Origin: an uncultured Candidatus Saccharibacteria bacterium
GTDB lineage: Bacteria; Patescibacteriota; Saccharimonadia; Saccharimonadales; CAYVSP01
Length of the DNA: 32,339 nucleotides
Direction: 5' to 3'
NCBI GenBank assembly: GCA_964625325.1
Contig: CAZVBA010000003.1
Coordinates: forward strand, 1 to 32,339
The translations under genes and the position numbers were made by a program. The notes below the pieces were generated by a model, which saw nothing but the letters and a program-made list of their open reading frames with translations, searched no databases and was not told where the DNA came from. Shown here piece after piece: positions 8,762 to 17,460 of the stretch; positions within the stretch are counted from its first letter, which is position 1, and each line of letters opens with the position of its first letter.

Positions 8762-10015
8762 ATGCTTGGTAAGACAATACGATTGATAAAAGGACTATGG
8801 CACTCGCCTAGCGATCTCAACGCCGAGGAGTTGCAGTCGGCGCGTGATTATATACATGGCTTTTGGGAAAAATTAATTCGATTCCATCCCGAAGATGACC
8901 AAACGCTGCTTGGTTTGCCCAAACCATATCTAGTGCCATCTTATGAAGAAGGGCATGAGTTTGATTTTAATGAGCTGTACTACTGGGACAGTTACTTTAT
9001 GGTCCAGGGCATGTTGGACGAGGATCATAAAGAGCTGGTAATGGGAGTCTTGGAAGATTTACTAACTCTTTTCAAGCGTTTCAAGACAATCCCCAATGCC
9101 TCGCGAACTTACCTGACGGGCCGTTCTCAGCCGCCATTTCTAACCAGTTTTATCTGGGACGTCTATGAGGCCTACAAACTGGATGAAGCCTGGCTAAAAG
9201 ATGCCATCACGACTGCCGAGGCCGAATATCAGACAGTCTGGATGGGAACTACCAAACCTAATGCTCGCCAGGTCTATCAAGGCTTGAGCCGCTACTATGA
9301 CTTAAATTACATAAATGATCTGGCAGAAGCCGAGAGCGGCTGGGATATGACGCCGCGCTTTAACCGCAAGTGTCTGGATTATCTGGCAGTCGATCTTAAC
9401 GCGTTGCTTTATAAATACGAAATGGACTTCGCCCGTTATTACCAACTGGTTAAGGATAAGGCAATGACCGACAAGTGGGAGTCGGCGGCTCAGCAGCGCA
9501 AGGCTGCCATGAGAAAACTGATGTGGAGCAATGTCCGCGGCTGGTACTTTGATTACAATTTTGCAAAACACAAACGCGGTGCGGTTAACTCGCTGGCCGG
9601 GTTCTATCCGGTCTGGGCCGGCATGGTCGACAACGACCAAATGACCCAGATGGTAAAGACGCTGCGCCGCTTTGAAAGCAAAGGCGGCCTGACTACAACC
9701 GACAGCCAGCAGCTTAGCCAGTTTGTCCCCGGTGCCATTCCAACCCAGTGGGCCTATCCTAATGGTTGGGCACCACTCCAATTTCTAGTCGTCAAGGGCC
9801 TGCAGCGTTACGGCTACAATTCCGACGCTCGGCGGATTGCTCACAAGTGGCTAGGCACTAATCTAGATTGGTTTTTGGCGCACGGTGTCTTTTTAGAAAA
9901 GTACAATGTGGTCAGTCCGTTGGATCCGCCAGCCAAAGGACTGTATCCGTCACAGACCGGTTTTGGTTGGACTAACGCAGTATTCGAACGATTTTGCCGC
10001 GAATTCATTGATTGA
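8762..10015 (+). CDS. Alpha,alpha-trehalase (GH37), no signal peptide
   Basis: FNELYYWDSYF, PNASRTYLTGRSQPPF, AESGWDMTPRF, VDLNALLY, QWAYPNGWAPLQ, EKYNV, QTGFGWTN. Confidence 0.93.
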   Translation: MLGKTIRLIKGLWHSPSDLNAEELQSARDYIHGFWEKLIRFHPEDDQTLLGLPKPYLVPSYEEGHEFDFNELYYWDSYFMVQGMLDEDHKELVMGVLEDLLTLFKRFKTIPNASRTYLTGRSQPPFLTSFIWDVYEAYKLDEAWLKDAITTAEAEYQTVWMGTTKPNARQVYQGLSRYYDLNYINDLAEAESGWDMTPRFNRKCLDYLAVDLNALLYKYEMDFARYYQLVKDKAMTDKWESAAQQRKAAMRKLMWSNVRGWYFDYNFAKHKRGAVNSLAGFYPVWAGMVDNDQMTQMVKTLRRFESKGGLTTTDSQQLSQFVPGAIPTQWAYPNGWAPLQFLVVKGLQRYGYNSDARRIAHKWLGTNLDWFLAHGVFLEKYNVVSPLDPPAKGLYPSQTGFGWTNAVFERFCREFID

Positions 10016-10024
10016 TAATCTGCC

Positions 10025-10161
10025 GCTGGCCTGTTTTCTGGCGCAGCCAGAAATGCCGCCAGCTCTTGGCGCATCCCTGTGTCAGAATTTCCGGTGCTCC
10101 CTTACCGTATGTCACATACGGTTCGGTTCGCTCCTCAATTCTTCCTTGGGCTGCATCCAAG
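10025..10161 (-). repeat. Structured dispersed repeat, copy 1
   Basis: Reverse complement: CTTGGATGCAGCCCAAGGAAGAATT...ACCGTATG-TGA-CATACGGT...AATTCTGACACAGGGATGCGCCAAG followed by hairpin GCTGGC..TTCTGGC-TGC-GCCAGAA..CAGGCCAGC; matches copies 2 and 3. Confidence 0.85.
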
Positions 10162-10189
10162 CAGATTACCCTCAATGAATCGCGGAAGG

Positions 10190-11623
10190 TTAGGCTTGAA
10201 CTGTCTGAGCTAACGGTAAAGTTATGGTGAAGGTGCTGCCTTTGCCTTGCTGGCTGGTAACCGTGATGTCACCGCCGAACTCACGCACCAGCAGCCGGGA
10301 TATGTAGAGGCCGATGCCGGTGCCTTCGTAGTTGTATTCCATCAGGCCGGTGCCGCGGTGGAACTTGGTGAACAGCTTGGGCATTTCGTCGGGACCAATG
10401 CCGATACCACTATCGCTGACAGTAATGACGGCCGAGGTGCCACGCTGGCCACACTCCAGCGTTACCTGGCCGGTAGCCTTAGTGAATTTGATGGCGTTAT
10501 CCATTAGATTCCAGATGGCAATTCGTAAATGGTGGGGCGCGACTACCACCATCACCGGCGTGGCCGGGGCTTTATAAACAAACTGCAATTGATGGTCTTC
10601 GGCCAATTGCTTAGCCTTGCCGGCAATCTCGTTAGTCAAACTCAGCAAATCGACTTGCTCACTGCTGCCCGCCAGCTTCTGGCCGGCTTCGAGCTCGGAA
10701 ATAGTCAAAATGTCCTCGGCCAGGGTGCCCAGCCGGGTGCTATTAGCGGCAATGGTGTTAACCATTTTGCTGATATTTTCCGGTAGTTGCATGGTTTTCA
10801 TAACTTCCAAGTAACCGTTAATCGTCGTTAGCGGCGTACGCAGGTTGTGCGATGTGATGGTCATAAATTCGGTCTTGAGTTTGTCGACTTCCTGCAGCTT
10901 GGTGATGTCGGCTTTCAGCGAATCGGCCATGGTGTTGACGGACTGGGCCAAGTCGCCGATTTCGTCATGGCGTTCCTCGGGGATTTCCTTTTCCAAAGCG
11001 CCAGCACTAATGGCCAGGGCGGCCTGGCTGAGCCGGCGCAACGGCTGGAGCAACAAGAAGTTCATGGCCACAAATAAGGCGGATCCGGTCAACAGCAAGG
11101 CAAATAGGGCCAGCCCGATAATCGCCAGCACGCCCTGGCGAATACTGTGCTCAATCTCAGCATTGGACACCACATAAAGCACTCCATAGCGGTGGACGCC
11201 GTTATCCTCAATGAAAGGCTGAATTATGCCGGTTAGCTCGCCGCCTGAGCCATGTAGGTAAATACGGTCAAAACTAGTCGCTTGCTGATTGGTTACTGCC
11301 GGCAGCGGTTGTTTGTATTGCTGGTAGGCAACCTTACCGTCGATACCATAGACCGCCACATTGGTTATGGTTGGGTTGAGCAGTGTGAATTGCGCAACCT
11401 GCTGGTCAATCCGCACTGTGCCGGAGTCTTTGTAGATTTCAAAAGTTTTGCCGATCGGTTCGGTGGCCAGGGCGGCAAACGATTGAGCTTGGTCGGTCAG
11501 ACTCTGACGTTGCGAATGTACGGTGTTGCGAACGAACAAGATCGCCAGGACGCCGAAAATGAGCAACAACAAACCACCAAGCAACAGTAAAACCTTGATA
11601 CGGATATTGAGGCGCAATTTCAT
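10190..11623 (-). CDS. Sensor histidine kinase (extracellular sensor, HAMP, HisKA, HATPase_c), no adjacent regulator
   Basis: 2 TM; PLRRL...DEIGDLAQSVNTMA HAMP; SHNLRTPLT; NLMDNAIKFT; DSGIGI; GTGIGLYI. Confidence 0.92.
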   Translation of the reverse strand: MKLRLNIRIKVLLLLGGLLLLIFGVLAILFVRNTVHSQRQSLTDQAQSFAALATEPIGKTFEIYKDSGTVRIDQQVAQFTLLNPTITNVAVYGIDGKVAYQQYKQPLPAVTNQQATSFDRIYLHGSGGELTGIIQPFIEDNGVHRYGVLYVVSNAEIEHSIRQGVLAIIGLALFALLLTGSALFVAMNFLLLQPLRRLSQAALAISAGALEKEIPEERHDEIGDLAQSVNTMADSLKADITKLQEVDKLKTEFMTITSHNLRTPLTTINGYLEVMKTMQLPENISKMVNTIAANSTRLGTLAEDILTISELEAGQKLAGSSEQVDLLSLTNEIAGKAKQLAEDHQLQFVYKAPATPVMVVVAPHHLRIAIWNLMDNAIKFTKATGQVTLECGQRGTSAVITVSDSGIGIGPDEMPKLFTKFHRGTGLMEYNYEGTGIGLYISRLLVREFGGDITVTSQQGKGSTFTITLPLAQTVQA

Positions 11624-11710
11624 AGCCCACCGGAACCGTTAATTATCATTTCGGTTACGTTTATCTTGACAGCTCTGGTCGGGCGACGTCAAGCCAGAAC
11701 AAACAACGAC

Positions 11711-13405
11711 TTATTTAGCGTAGGCGGTGGCCCAGTTGGCGCCAAATGGTTCGCCACCACGGTCACGAGTAACCACAAACGAAGGGTCGGTGTACCAATG
11801 CTCGAGACGGACATACAGCGGAATGATACCTGCGTTGTCGCTCAACTCCTTGGAAATCTGCTGCAGTTGAGCTAGTCGCTTAGTGGCATCGATGGTTTTG
11901 TTGGATTGATTGAGCAAGCTGGTGATGGTCGGCGTGCTATACCACTTTTTAACGTAGCCGGTGTAGATGTCGCTCATATCCAGTAACTGGGTGGAAACGC
12001 TGTAGGCCCAGGAGTCAAACTTGCCGGCGGCAATATCGGCCTCAATTTTGTCGGAATCCTGATAGAGCACGATGTTGAAAGTAATACCGGCCTCTTTGGT
12101 TTCCTTGACTATCTCGGCTGGCAATCCGTTACCTTTCTGGTCGAACAGGGCAAAATTAATGGTCACGCCGTTGGGGTAACCGGCATCTTTAAGCAATTGC
12201 TTGGCTTTGGCAATGTCGCGGACGTGCGGCGGGATACTAGGGTTGTAACCGGGTATGGTTAATGGCGCGAGCTGATTGTCTACTTCAACTTCTACGCCGC
12301 GTGATTTTGCCAAAGCAGCGAGGTCGAGCGAGGCATAGAGGGCCTGCCGCACTTTGGTGTTGGCCACCACGAATTTCGGGTTATTGGTGTTAAAGAGAAT
12401 GACCGAGGTGCCGACATTGGGCGCGGCAATCTCTTTAAGTTTTGTGCTGGCTCGGGCGGTGGCAATGTCCGGGGCGTCAAACAACACGATGGTCGCATTA
12501 ACGTCACCCTTGGCGGCGGCGGCCGTCAGGCTCGCTTCATCCGGGAAACCTTTGTAGGTAACCGCTCTTGTCTTGGGCCGGCCACCATGCCACTGGTCAA
12601 AGGCCACTAACTGAATACTGTTCTCGTTGGGCGTTGTGCCAGGTTTGAGCGTATAAGGTCCGGTGCCGTTTTCGGCACTATCCTTTAGTTTCGACTGCGA
12701 ATCAATGATGTACAGGTAGGCCAACTTGTTCAACAGCAGCGGGTCGGGTGAAGTCGTCACAACTTTTACCTCATTATTATTGACGACCTGTACGGATTTA
12801 ATGGTATCGTCATAGATTTTGCCGAGCTCTGTAGTCTTGAAGTTTTCCAGACTGTATTTAACATCGGCTGCAGTCATGGTGCGACCGGTGTGAAACTTAA
12901 CATTTTGGGCCAGCTTGAAGTCCCACGTGTTGTCGTCCGGGTTAGTCCAACTGGTGGCTAGGTTAGGTTTGATCTGGTTGACGTTCTTGAATTGCACTAA
13001 ACCTTCAAAGGCCTGCTGGTTGAAGTCATAAGAATTATCAATATTTTTGGCATTCGGATAAAATATGGCACCTGAACCATCGGGCACCAAACCGACGATG
13101 ACTTGTGGGATATCTTTTTGGGTCTGGGTTGCCTGCTGGGTCGGTTTTTTGCTTTTGTGCAGTAGGGCGTAGGCGCCGACACCAATAGCAACCAGCAGCA
13201 GTAGAATAATTATGACAAAGAGTAGACCCTTCTTTTTACCAGGCGCCGCTGGTGGCATAACTGGCTTTGATGCAGTTGTTGGAGGTGTGGCTGCCGCTTC
13301 GGGCGGTGCCGGTGCTATGACCTGACCGCTGGCTGGTGGCGCTTCCGCTACGTTATTATCTGCAGCTTCATTCTTGTTTGGTTCGGAGTTAACGACAATA
13401 TCCAT
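11711..13405 (-). CDS. Family-5 (Opp/Dpp-like) solute-binding protein anchored by an N-terminal TM helix
   Basis: FEGLV, PNLATSW..PD..TWDFKL..NVKFH.G..MTAADVKYS, GTGPY, VRQAL, AKAKQLLKDAGY; Pro/Ala-rich N-tail, KKK, then TM, no lipobox. Confidence 0.88.
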   Translation of the reverse strand: MDIVVNSEPNKNEAADNNVAEAPPASGQVIAPAPPEAAATPPTTASKPVMPPAAPGKKKGLLFVIIILLLLVAIGVGAYALLHKSKKPTQQATQTQKDIPQVIVGLVPDGSGAIFYPNAKNIDNSYDFNQQAFEGLVQFKNVNQIKPNLATSWTNPDDNTWDFKLAQNVKFHTGRTMTAADVKYSLENFKTTELGKIYDDTIKSVQVVNNNEVKVVTTSPDPLLLNKLAYLYIIDSQSKLKDSAENGTGPYTLKPGTTPNENSIQLVAFDQWHGGRPKTRAVTYKGFPDEASLTAAAAKGDVNATIVLFDAPDIATARASTKLKEIAAPNVGTSVILFNTNNPKFVVANTKVRQALYASLDLAALAKSRGVEVEVDNQLAPLTIPGYNPSIPPHVRDIAKAKQLLKDAGYPNGVTINFALFDQKGNGLPAEIVKETKEAGITFNIVLYQDSDKIEADIAAGKFDSWAYSVSTQLLDMSDIYTGYVKKWYSTPTITSLLNQSNKTIDATKRLAQLQQISKELSDNAGIIPLYVRLEHWYTDPSFVVTRDRGGEPFGANWATAYAK

Positions 13406-13568
13406 AGATGCCCATCCTATTTTTAATACTTATGTTTATAATCGCACACCGTTATCTAGAGGTCAAATGAGGCCAGAAGTGCCACCCAAACGTATACCAG
13501 TGCTCCTTTGATACATAATTAACTGTAAGTCTTGCGCAAAGGATTACCGCGTAGCATACTCAAAGCAA

Positions 13569-14552
13569 ATGAGTGTCTTAGCTACTCAACCGGGCGGTGA
13601 AGGGGTAGTTGCTGATGGCCCGGCCGAATTTATTGAGACCGAAATAGATACACGGTTAGATTTGCCGTTTTCAGATGATGTATTAGCAGGCGGGGCAGTC
13701 GATTGGCCTGAAGGTGAAGCGGCGGCGCTTGATCAGATGCCAGGTGTGGAGGCCGAGCCCGATAGACTGCTTGATGCTGCTGCTAACCTAGGCCAGGTCG
13801 CCACGCCAGAGGTAGCCGAATTAGAGGAGTTTGATATTGTCGCCGAAATTAAAGCTCGAACGGGCCGTACTCTAACTGACCAGCAAATAAACCTACTAGC
13901 CACAATGATTAATAACCTGCCGGCCGAAGAATGGTTTCAGCGCAAGGACGTCGGTTACATTGAAGCTGAATATGTTTCAAAGGGAGCCTTTGACCAAGCC
14001 TATCATAAGCTTATAAAAGTACTCGAAGCGGCTGGTGTGGTTGAGCATAACGGCAAGGATAAATCCCAAAGTAAGCATCGGTTTATCAAGGCCTATGAGC
14101 CGCCGGCCCTTAAAGTGCAGGAGCCGGTTAGGCGCAAAACGCCCGATACTAAGCCGCCGGCGCCGCCCGCATCGGCAAGCCCTAAGGCAGCCACAAAAGC
14201 TCCCAAACTGGCCGGTCAAACAGGTGTGAGAGAGTGGGAGGCCAAACGTATGGAGGATATCAGAAGAAGAGCCCTCGAAAGAGAAGATGGGCGGTCCAAA
14301 AAAGAAAAGCGTAAAGAACAAACTCTTCAGGAGCGCCTGCAGGATTATTTGAATGGTGAAGCTGATTTCCCGACCGGCCTAAGCTTAGAAAATAGGCAGG
14401 CAGTGCGGGTTTTTCTGGGCGAATCGGCCGTGCAGAAGGAAGAGATACCCGGCTATCATAATCGCCACCGCCGACTGCAAGTCTGGCTAAACCCGCAGCT
14501 GGCATTTGTGATTGATCCAACGACAGGCAATGTAAATAAGCCAAGGAACTGA
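13569..14552 (+). CDS. Hypothetical protein (acidic N-terminus, possible winged-helix middle, basic C-terminal half)
   Basis: 327-aa ORF; promoter-like TTGCGC-17-CATACT (13532-13560) 8 nt before ATG. Confidence 0.6.
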   Translation: MSVLATQPGGEGVVADGPAEFIETEIDTRLDLPFSDDVLAGGAVDWPEGEAAALDQMPGVEAEPDRLLDAAANLGQVATPEVAELEEFDIVAEIKARTGRTLTDQQINLLATMINNLPAEEWFQRKDVGYIEAEYVSKGAFDQAYHKLIKVLEAAGVVEHNGKDKSQSKHRFIKAYEPPALKVQEPVRRKTPDTKPPAPPASASPKAATKAPKLAGQTGVREWEAKRMEDIRRRALEREDGRSKKEKRKEQTLQERLQDYLNGEADFPTGLSLENRQAVRVFLGESAVQKEEIPGYHNRHRRLQVWLNPQLAFVIDPTTGNVNKPRN

Positions 14553-14589
14553 TTACCAGTAGGTTTAAGGTATAATTTTGTTAGCTTGG

Positions 14590-14666
14590 GGGTTCTTAGC
14601 TCAGTTGGCTAGAGCGCAGCATTCACATTGCTGAGGTCACAGGTTCGAGCCCTGTAGGACCCACCA
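14590..14666 (+). tRNA. tRNA-Val (anticodon CAC)
   Basis: Acceptor GGGTTCT/AGGACCC, D arm GCTC/GAGC, anticodon stem CAGCA/TGCTG with loop TTCACAT, T loop GGTTCGAGCC, encoded CCA; TATAAT at 14571-14576. Confidence 0.95.
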
Positions 14667-14670
14667 GATT

Positions 14671-15153
14671 ATGACGACAATGACACAGCGACAAGCAATG
14701 CTTTTTGACCGCGAACTGGCGGCTTTTCAGCCGCTGCCAGATATAAACGTATTGACTATAGACCAGATTTTTCAATCTCCTAATATCTTATCTTCGGACG
14801 AAACGCTTTTTCTGGATTTTAATATGCACGATATTCCTGTAACCATGATTCGATCTCTCCGCCGGCTGACAGGTCGCCATGCCGAGTGTTTTGCCTCCAT
14901 CTACGCCGAACCGTGGGAAGCCTATTTGTTTGGAACAGTCCTGGACGCTCGACTAGACGTCAAACTGATTGCAACCGCCACCATACCACCTTCCGAAGTA
15001 AAGCCAGACGCAGTTGAGGAATGGAAAAGGTCGTATGCCCGTTTTGCCCTTGAGGCCGGATGCGACGGTGTAAAAATAGATTTTGTGCCCCACGAGCTTG
15101 GACAGCAATACTCCGATAGATTCTTTTTCATGATGCAAGAAGTAGGTGCGTGA
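14671..15153 (+). CDS. Truncated, degenerate OMP decarboxylase (PyrF)-like protein
   Basis: LFLDFNMHDIPVTM resembles FLDLKxHDIPNT with Lys replaced by Asn; ARFALEAGCDGV resembles the later PyrF helix-strand; only 160 aa. Confidence 0.6.
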   Translation: MTTMTQRQAMLFDRELAAFQPLPDINVLTIDQIFQSPNILSSDETLFLDFNMHDIPVTMIRSLRRLTGRHAECFASIYAEPWEAYLFGTVLDARLDVKLIATATIPPSEVKPDAVEEWKRSYARFALEAGCDGVKIDFVPHELGQQYSDRFFFMMQEVGA

Positions 15154-15656
15154 TGGTTCAAAGTGCCGGCATATTGGTTTATCGAAAAAGGGACGACAAG
15201 ATCGAGGTGCTATTGACTCATCCGGGTGGGCCATTTTGGGCGAATAAAGACGTCTGGTCGATCCCAAAAGGTGAGCTGGACAGCGACGAAAACCATATGG
15301 CCGCCGCCAAGCGCGAGTTTAAAGAGGAACTAGGTGTACCGCCACCGGCCGGTGAGCTCATTGATTTGGGCAGTAACAAAAGTAGCCATAAAACCAACTA
15401 TATATGGGCGGTGGAAGGCGATTTGGAGCCTAAGGACGTGCACTTGAACTCGATCTTTACTATGGAGTGGCCGCCAAAATCCGGCCAAATGCAGGAGTTT
15501 CCGGAAAATGACCGGGCCGAATGGTTCGAATTGTCGACTGCCAAAAGCAAAGTTTATAAATCCCAGACCGAATTTATCGACCGCCTAGCTGAAAAACTCA
15601 ACGTCGGTCTAGAAGCCACCGAATCCGCTGAAAATTCCCAACAAAGCCTTCTCTAA
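15153..15656 (+). CDS. Nudix hydrolase (COG4119-like)
   Basis: SAGILVYR, HPGGPFW, WSIPKGE...AAKREFKEELG Nudix box, EWPPKSG...FPENDRAEWF; TGATG overlap with the upstream gene. Confidence 0.9.
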   Translation: MVQSAGILVYRKRDDKIEVLLTHPGGPFWANKDVWSIPKGELDSDENHMAAAKREFKEELGVPPPAGELIDLGSNKSSHKTNYIWAVEGDLEPKDVHLNSIFTMEWPPKSGQMQEFPENDRAEWFELSTAKSKVYKSQTEFIDRLAEKLNVGLEATESAENSQQSLL

Positions 15657-15688
15657 GGTAGAATAACTAAGCACATCGGTTCTTCATA

Positions 15689-15827
15689 CTTGGATGCAGT
15701 ACAAGGAAGCAACGAGAATCGAGCGAATCGTATAAATGATACGGTGAGCGAGACTCGCAGGCAGCTGACAAAGTAATGCGCCAAGAACACCGGCAGAGTT
15801 CTGGCTCTGCCAGAAGCAGGCCGGTGT
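15689..15827 (+). repeat. Structured dispersed repeat, copy 2
   Basis: CTTGGATGCAGTACAAGGAAGC...ATCGTAT-AAATG-ATACGGT...GCTGACAAAGTAATGCGCCAAG then ACACCGGC..TTCTGGC-TCT-GCCAGAA-GCAG-GCCGGTGT. Confidence 0.85.
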
Positions 15828-15843
15828 GTTATGGAGAAACGAT

Positions 15844-17304
15844 ATGAACTATTACGTCACGACCTCAATTCCTTACGTTAATGGCGAGCCGCACCTCGGC
15901 CACGCTCTGGAATTCGTGATGGCGGATGTTTTGGCTCGGACGGCTCGCGCCGAAGGTAAGCCGGTGATTTTTAGCACTGGCACTGACGAACACGGCGGTA
16001 AAATCGCCGAAAAAGCCGCCGAACAGCAATTGACGCCCCAGGTCTTCGCCGACCAAATGAGCCAAAAGTTTAAAGACCTGACCAAGCTGCTGAATATCAG
16101 CAATGACCGCTTTATCCGAACGACCGATAAAGGCCACGAGCAACGGGCCCAACTAATCTGGAAGGCGCTCCAAAAAGACATCTACAAAGGCAAGTACAGT
16201 GGCTGGTATTGTACTGGCGACGAAGCCTTTTTTACCGAAGCGACGGTTAAGGAAAACAAGGGCGTTTGCCCGGCTCACAATCGGCCTTATGAAAAGGTCG
16301 AGGAAGAAAATTATTTCTTTAAACTGACCAAGTACGCGCCGCAAATCAAGCAGGCGATTGACAGCGGCACCTTCCGGATTCTGCCAGCCACTCGCAAGCA
16401 CGAAATCCTGAGTGTTATTAACGAGGGCTTGGAAGATATCAGCATCAGCCGGCCCAAAGATAAAATCGGCTGGGGCATTCCGGTGCCAGGTGATCCGAGC
16501 CACGTCATGTACGTCTGGTTTGAGGCATTGATGAACTATCTGACGGTGCTGGGCTATCCCGAGCACAATGACTTCAAGAAATTTTGGCCGGCCAATGTCC
16601 AGGTTATTGGCAAAGACATCTTGCGTTTCCACGCGGCGAATTGGCCCGGTATGCTACTGGGGCTCGGTCTGCCCTTGCCCGAAACGTTGTACGTCCATGG
16701 CTTCATCAATGCCGTCGGTGGTGTCAAGATGAGTAAATCACTGGGCAATGCGGTTGATCCAAGAGTTGTGGTGCAAGAATACGGCATCGACGCCTTTCGC
16801 TATTACTTGCTTCGCCACATTCCTAGTTATGATGATGGTGAGTTCAGCTTGGAGCTACTCCACAATGCCTACAACAATGAACTGGCTAACGAGCTGGGTA
16901 ACGCTGTCCAGCGCACGGCGGCCATGATTACGCAGTATCAACAGGGTGTGATTGGCGATATACCACCGGCCGAGCACGATGTCGAGAAATACCGCGAGGC
17001 GCTGGAAAACTGCAAGTTCGACAGAGCTCTCGACGAAGTCTGGGAGCAGGTCCGCGGACTCAACCAATATATTGACGAGGAAAAACCCTGGGAAGTCCAT
17101 AAGACCGGCGACGCCGACCACCTGCGCGAAGTACTGGCCTACCAGACGAGCTCGCTGTTGCAAATTGCCGATATGCTGGAACCATTCTTACCGGATACTG
17201 CCACCAAAATCCGCCAGCTGTTTAATGAAGGCGTAATTCGTCCGATGCAAAGCACCTTGTTTCCGCGCAAAGACAAAGACGCTGTGACGCAACAACCTGC
17301 TTAA
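15844..17304 (+). CDS. metG: Methionine--tRNA ligase, short form without C-terminal tRNA-binding domain
   Basis: YVNGEPHLGHA, GTDEHG, YVWFEAL, IGKDILRFHA, KMSKSLGN; ATG 15844 after GGAG. Confidence 0.96.
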   Translation: MNYYVTTSIPYVNGEPHLGHALEFVMADVLARTARAEGKPVIFSTGTDEHGGKIAEKAAEQQLTPQVFADQMSQKFKDLTKLLNISNDRFIRTTDKGHEQRAQLIWKALQKDIYKGKYSGWYCTGDEAFFTEATVKENKGVCPAHNRPYEKVEEENYFFKLTKYAPQIKQAIDSGTFRILPATRKHEILSVINEGLEDISISRPKDKIGWGIPVPGDPSHVMYVWFEALMNYLTVLGYPEHNDFKKFWPANVQVIGKDILRFHAANWPGMLLGLGLPLPETLYVHGFINAVGGVKMSKSLGNAVDPRVVVQEYGIDAFRYYLLRHIPSYDDGEFSLELLHNAYNNELANELGNAVQRTAAMITQYQQGVIGDIPPAEHDVEKYREALENCKFDRALDEVWEQVRGLNQYIDEEKPWEVHKTGDADHLREVLAYQTSSLLQIADMLEPFLPDTATKIRQLFNEGVIRPMQSTLFPRKDKDAVTQQPA

Positions 17305-17427
17305 CCGCTGAGCAGTTAACCCGTTGTTGCTCTTGGCGCATTACGGTGTCAGCCGTTCCAGTACTCGTGCAGCGTACCTTTGTACGCTTTACTCCGTGCT
17401 TCACGGCTTCCTTGTACTGCAACCAAG
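17289..17427 (-). repeat. Structured dispersed repeat, copy 3 (overlaps the last codons of metG)
   Basis: Reverse complement: CTTGGTTGCAGTACAAGGAAGCCGT...AGCGTAC-AAAG-GTACGCT...ACGGCTGACACCGTAATGCGCCAAG then GCAACAAC..TTAACTGC-TCA-GCGGTTAA-GCAG-GTTGTTGC. Confidence 0.85.
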
Positions 17428-17460
17428 CACAGTGTCTTTGTGTTCGGGTAGAATGATGAT

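Noticed and set aside
9841-10230. Short ORFs 9841-10074, 9906-10178, 10012-10230 (also 17222-17422, 17324-17575)
   Set aside because: They run across the structured repeat and overlap real genes; no protein-like motifs.
14553-15660. Integrated element at tRNA-Val
   Set aside because: No integrase and no duplicated tRNA 3' end seen in the window.
15660-15843. T-box or SAM riboswitch upstream of metG
   Set aside because: No T-box AAGGTGGTACC or SAM-I core or U-tailed terminator; the same element occurs in reverse orientation at two 3' ends, so it is treated as a dispersed repeat.
10025-17427. CRISPR array or simple terminators as explanation for the repeats
   Set aside because: Copies are kilobases apart, with no repeat-spacer periodicity, no cas genes and no poly-U tails.
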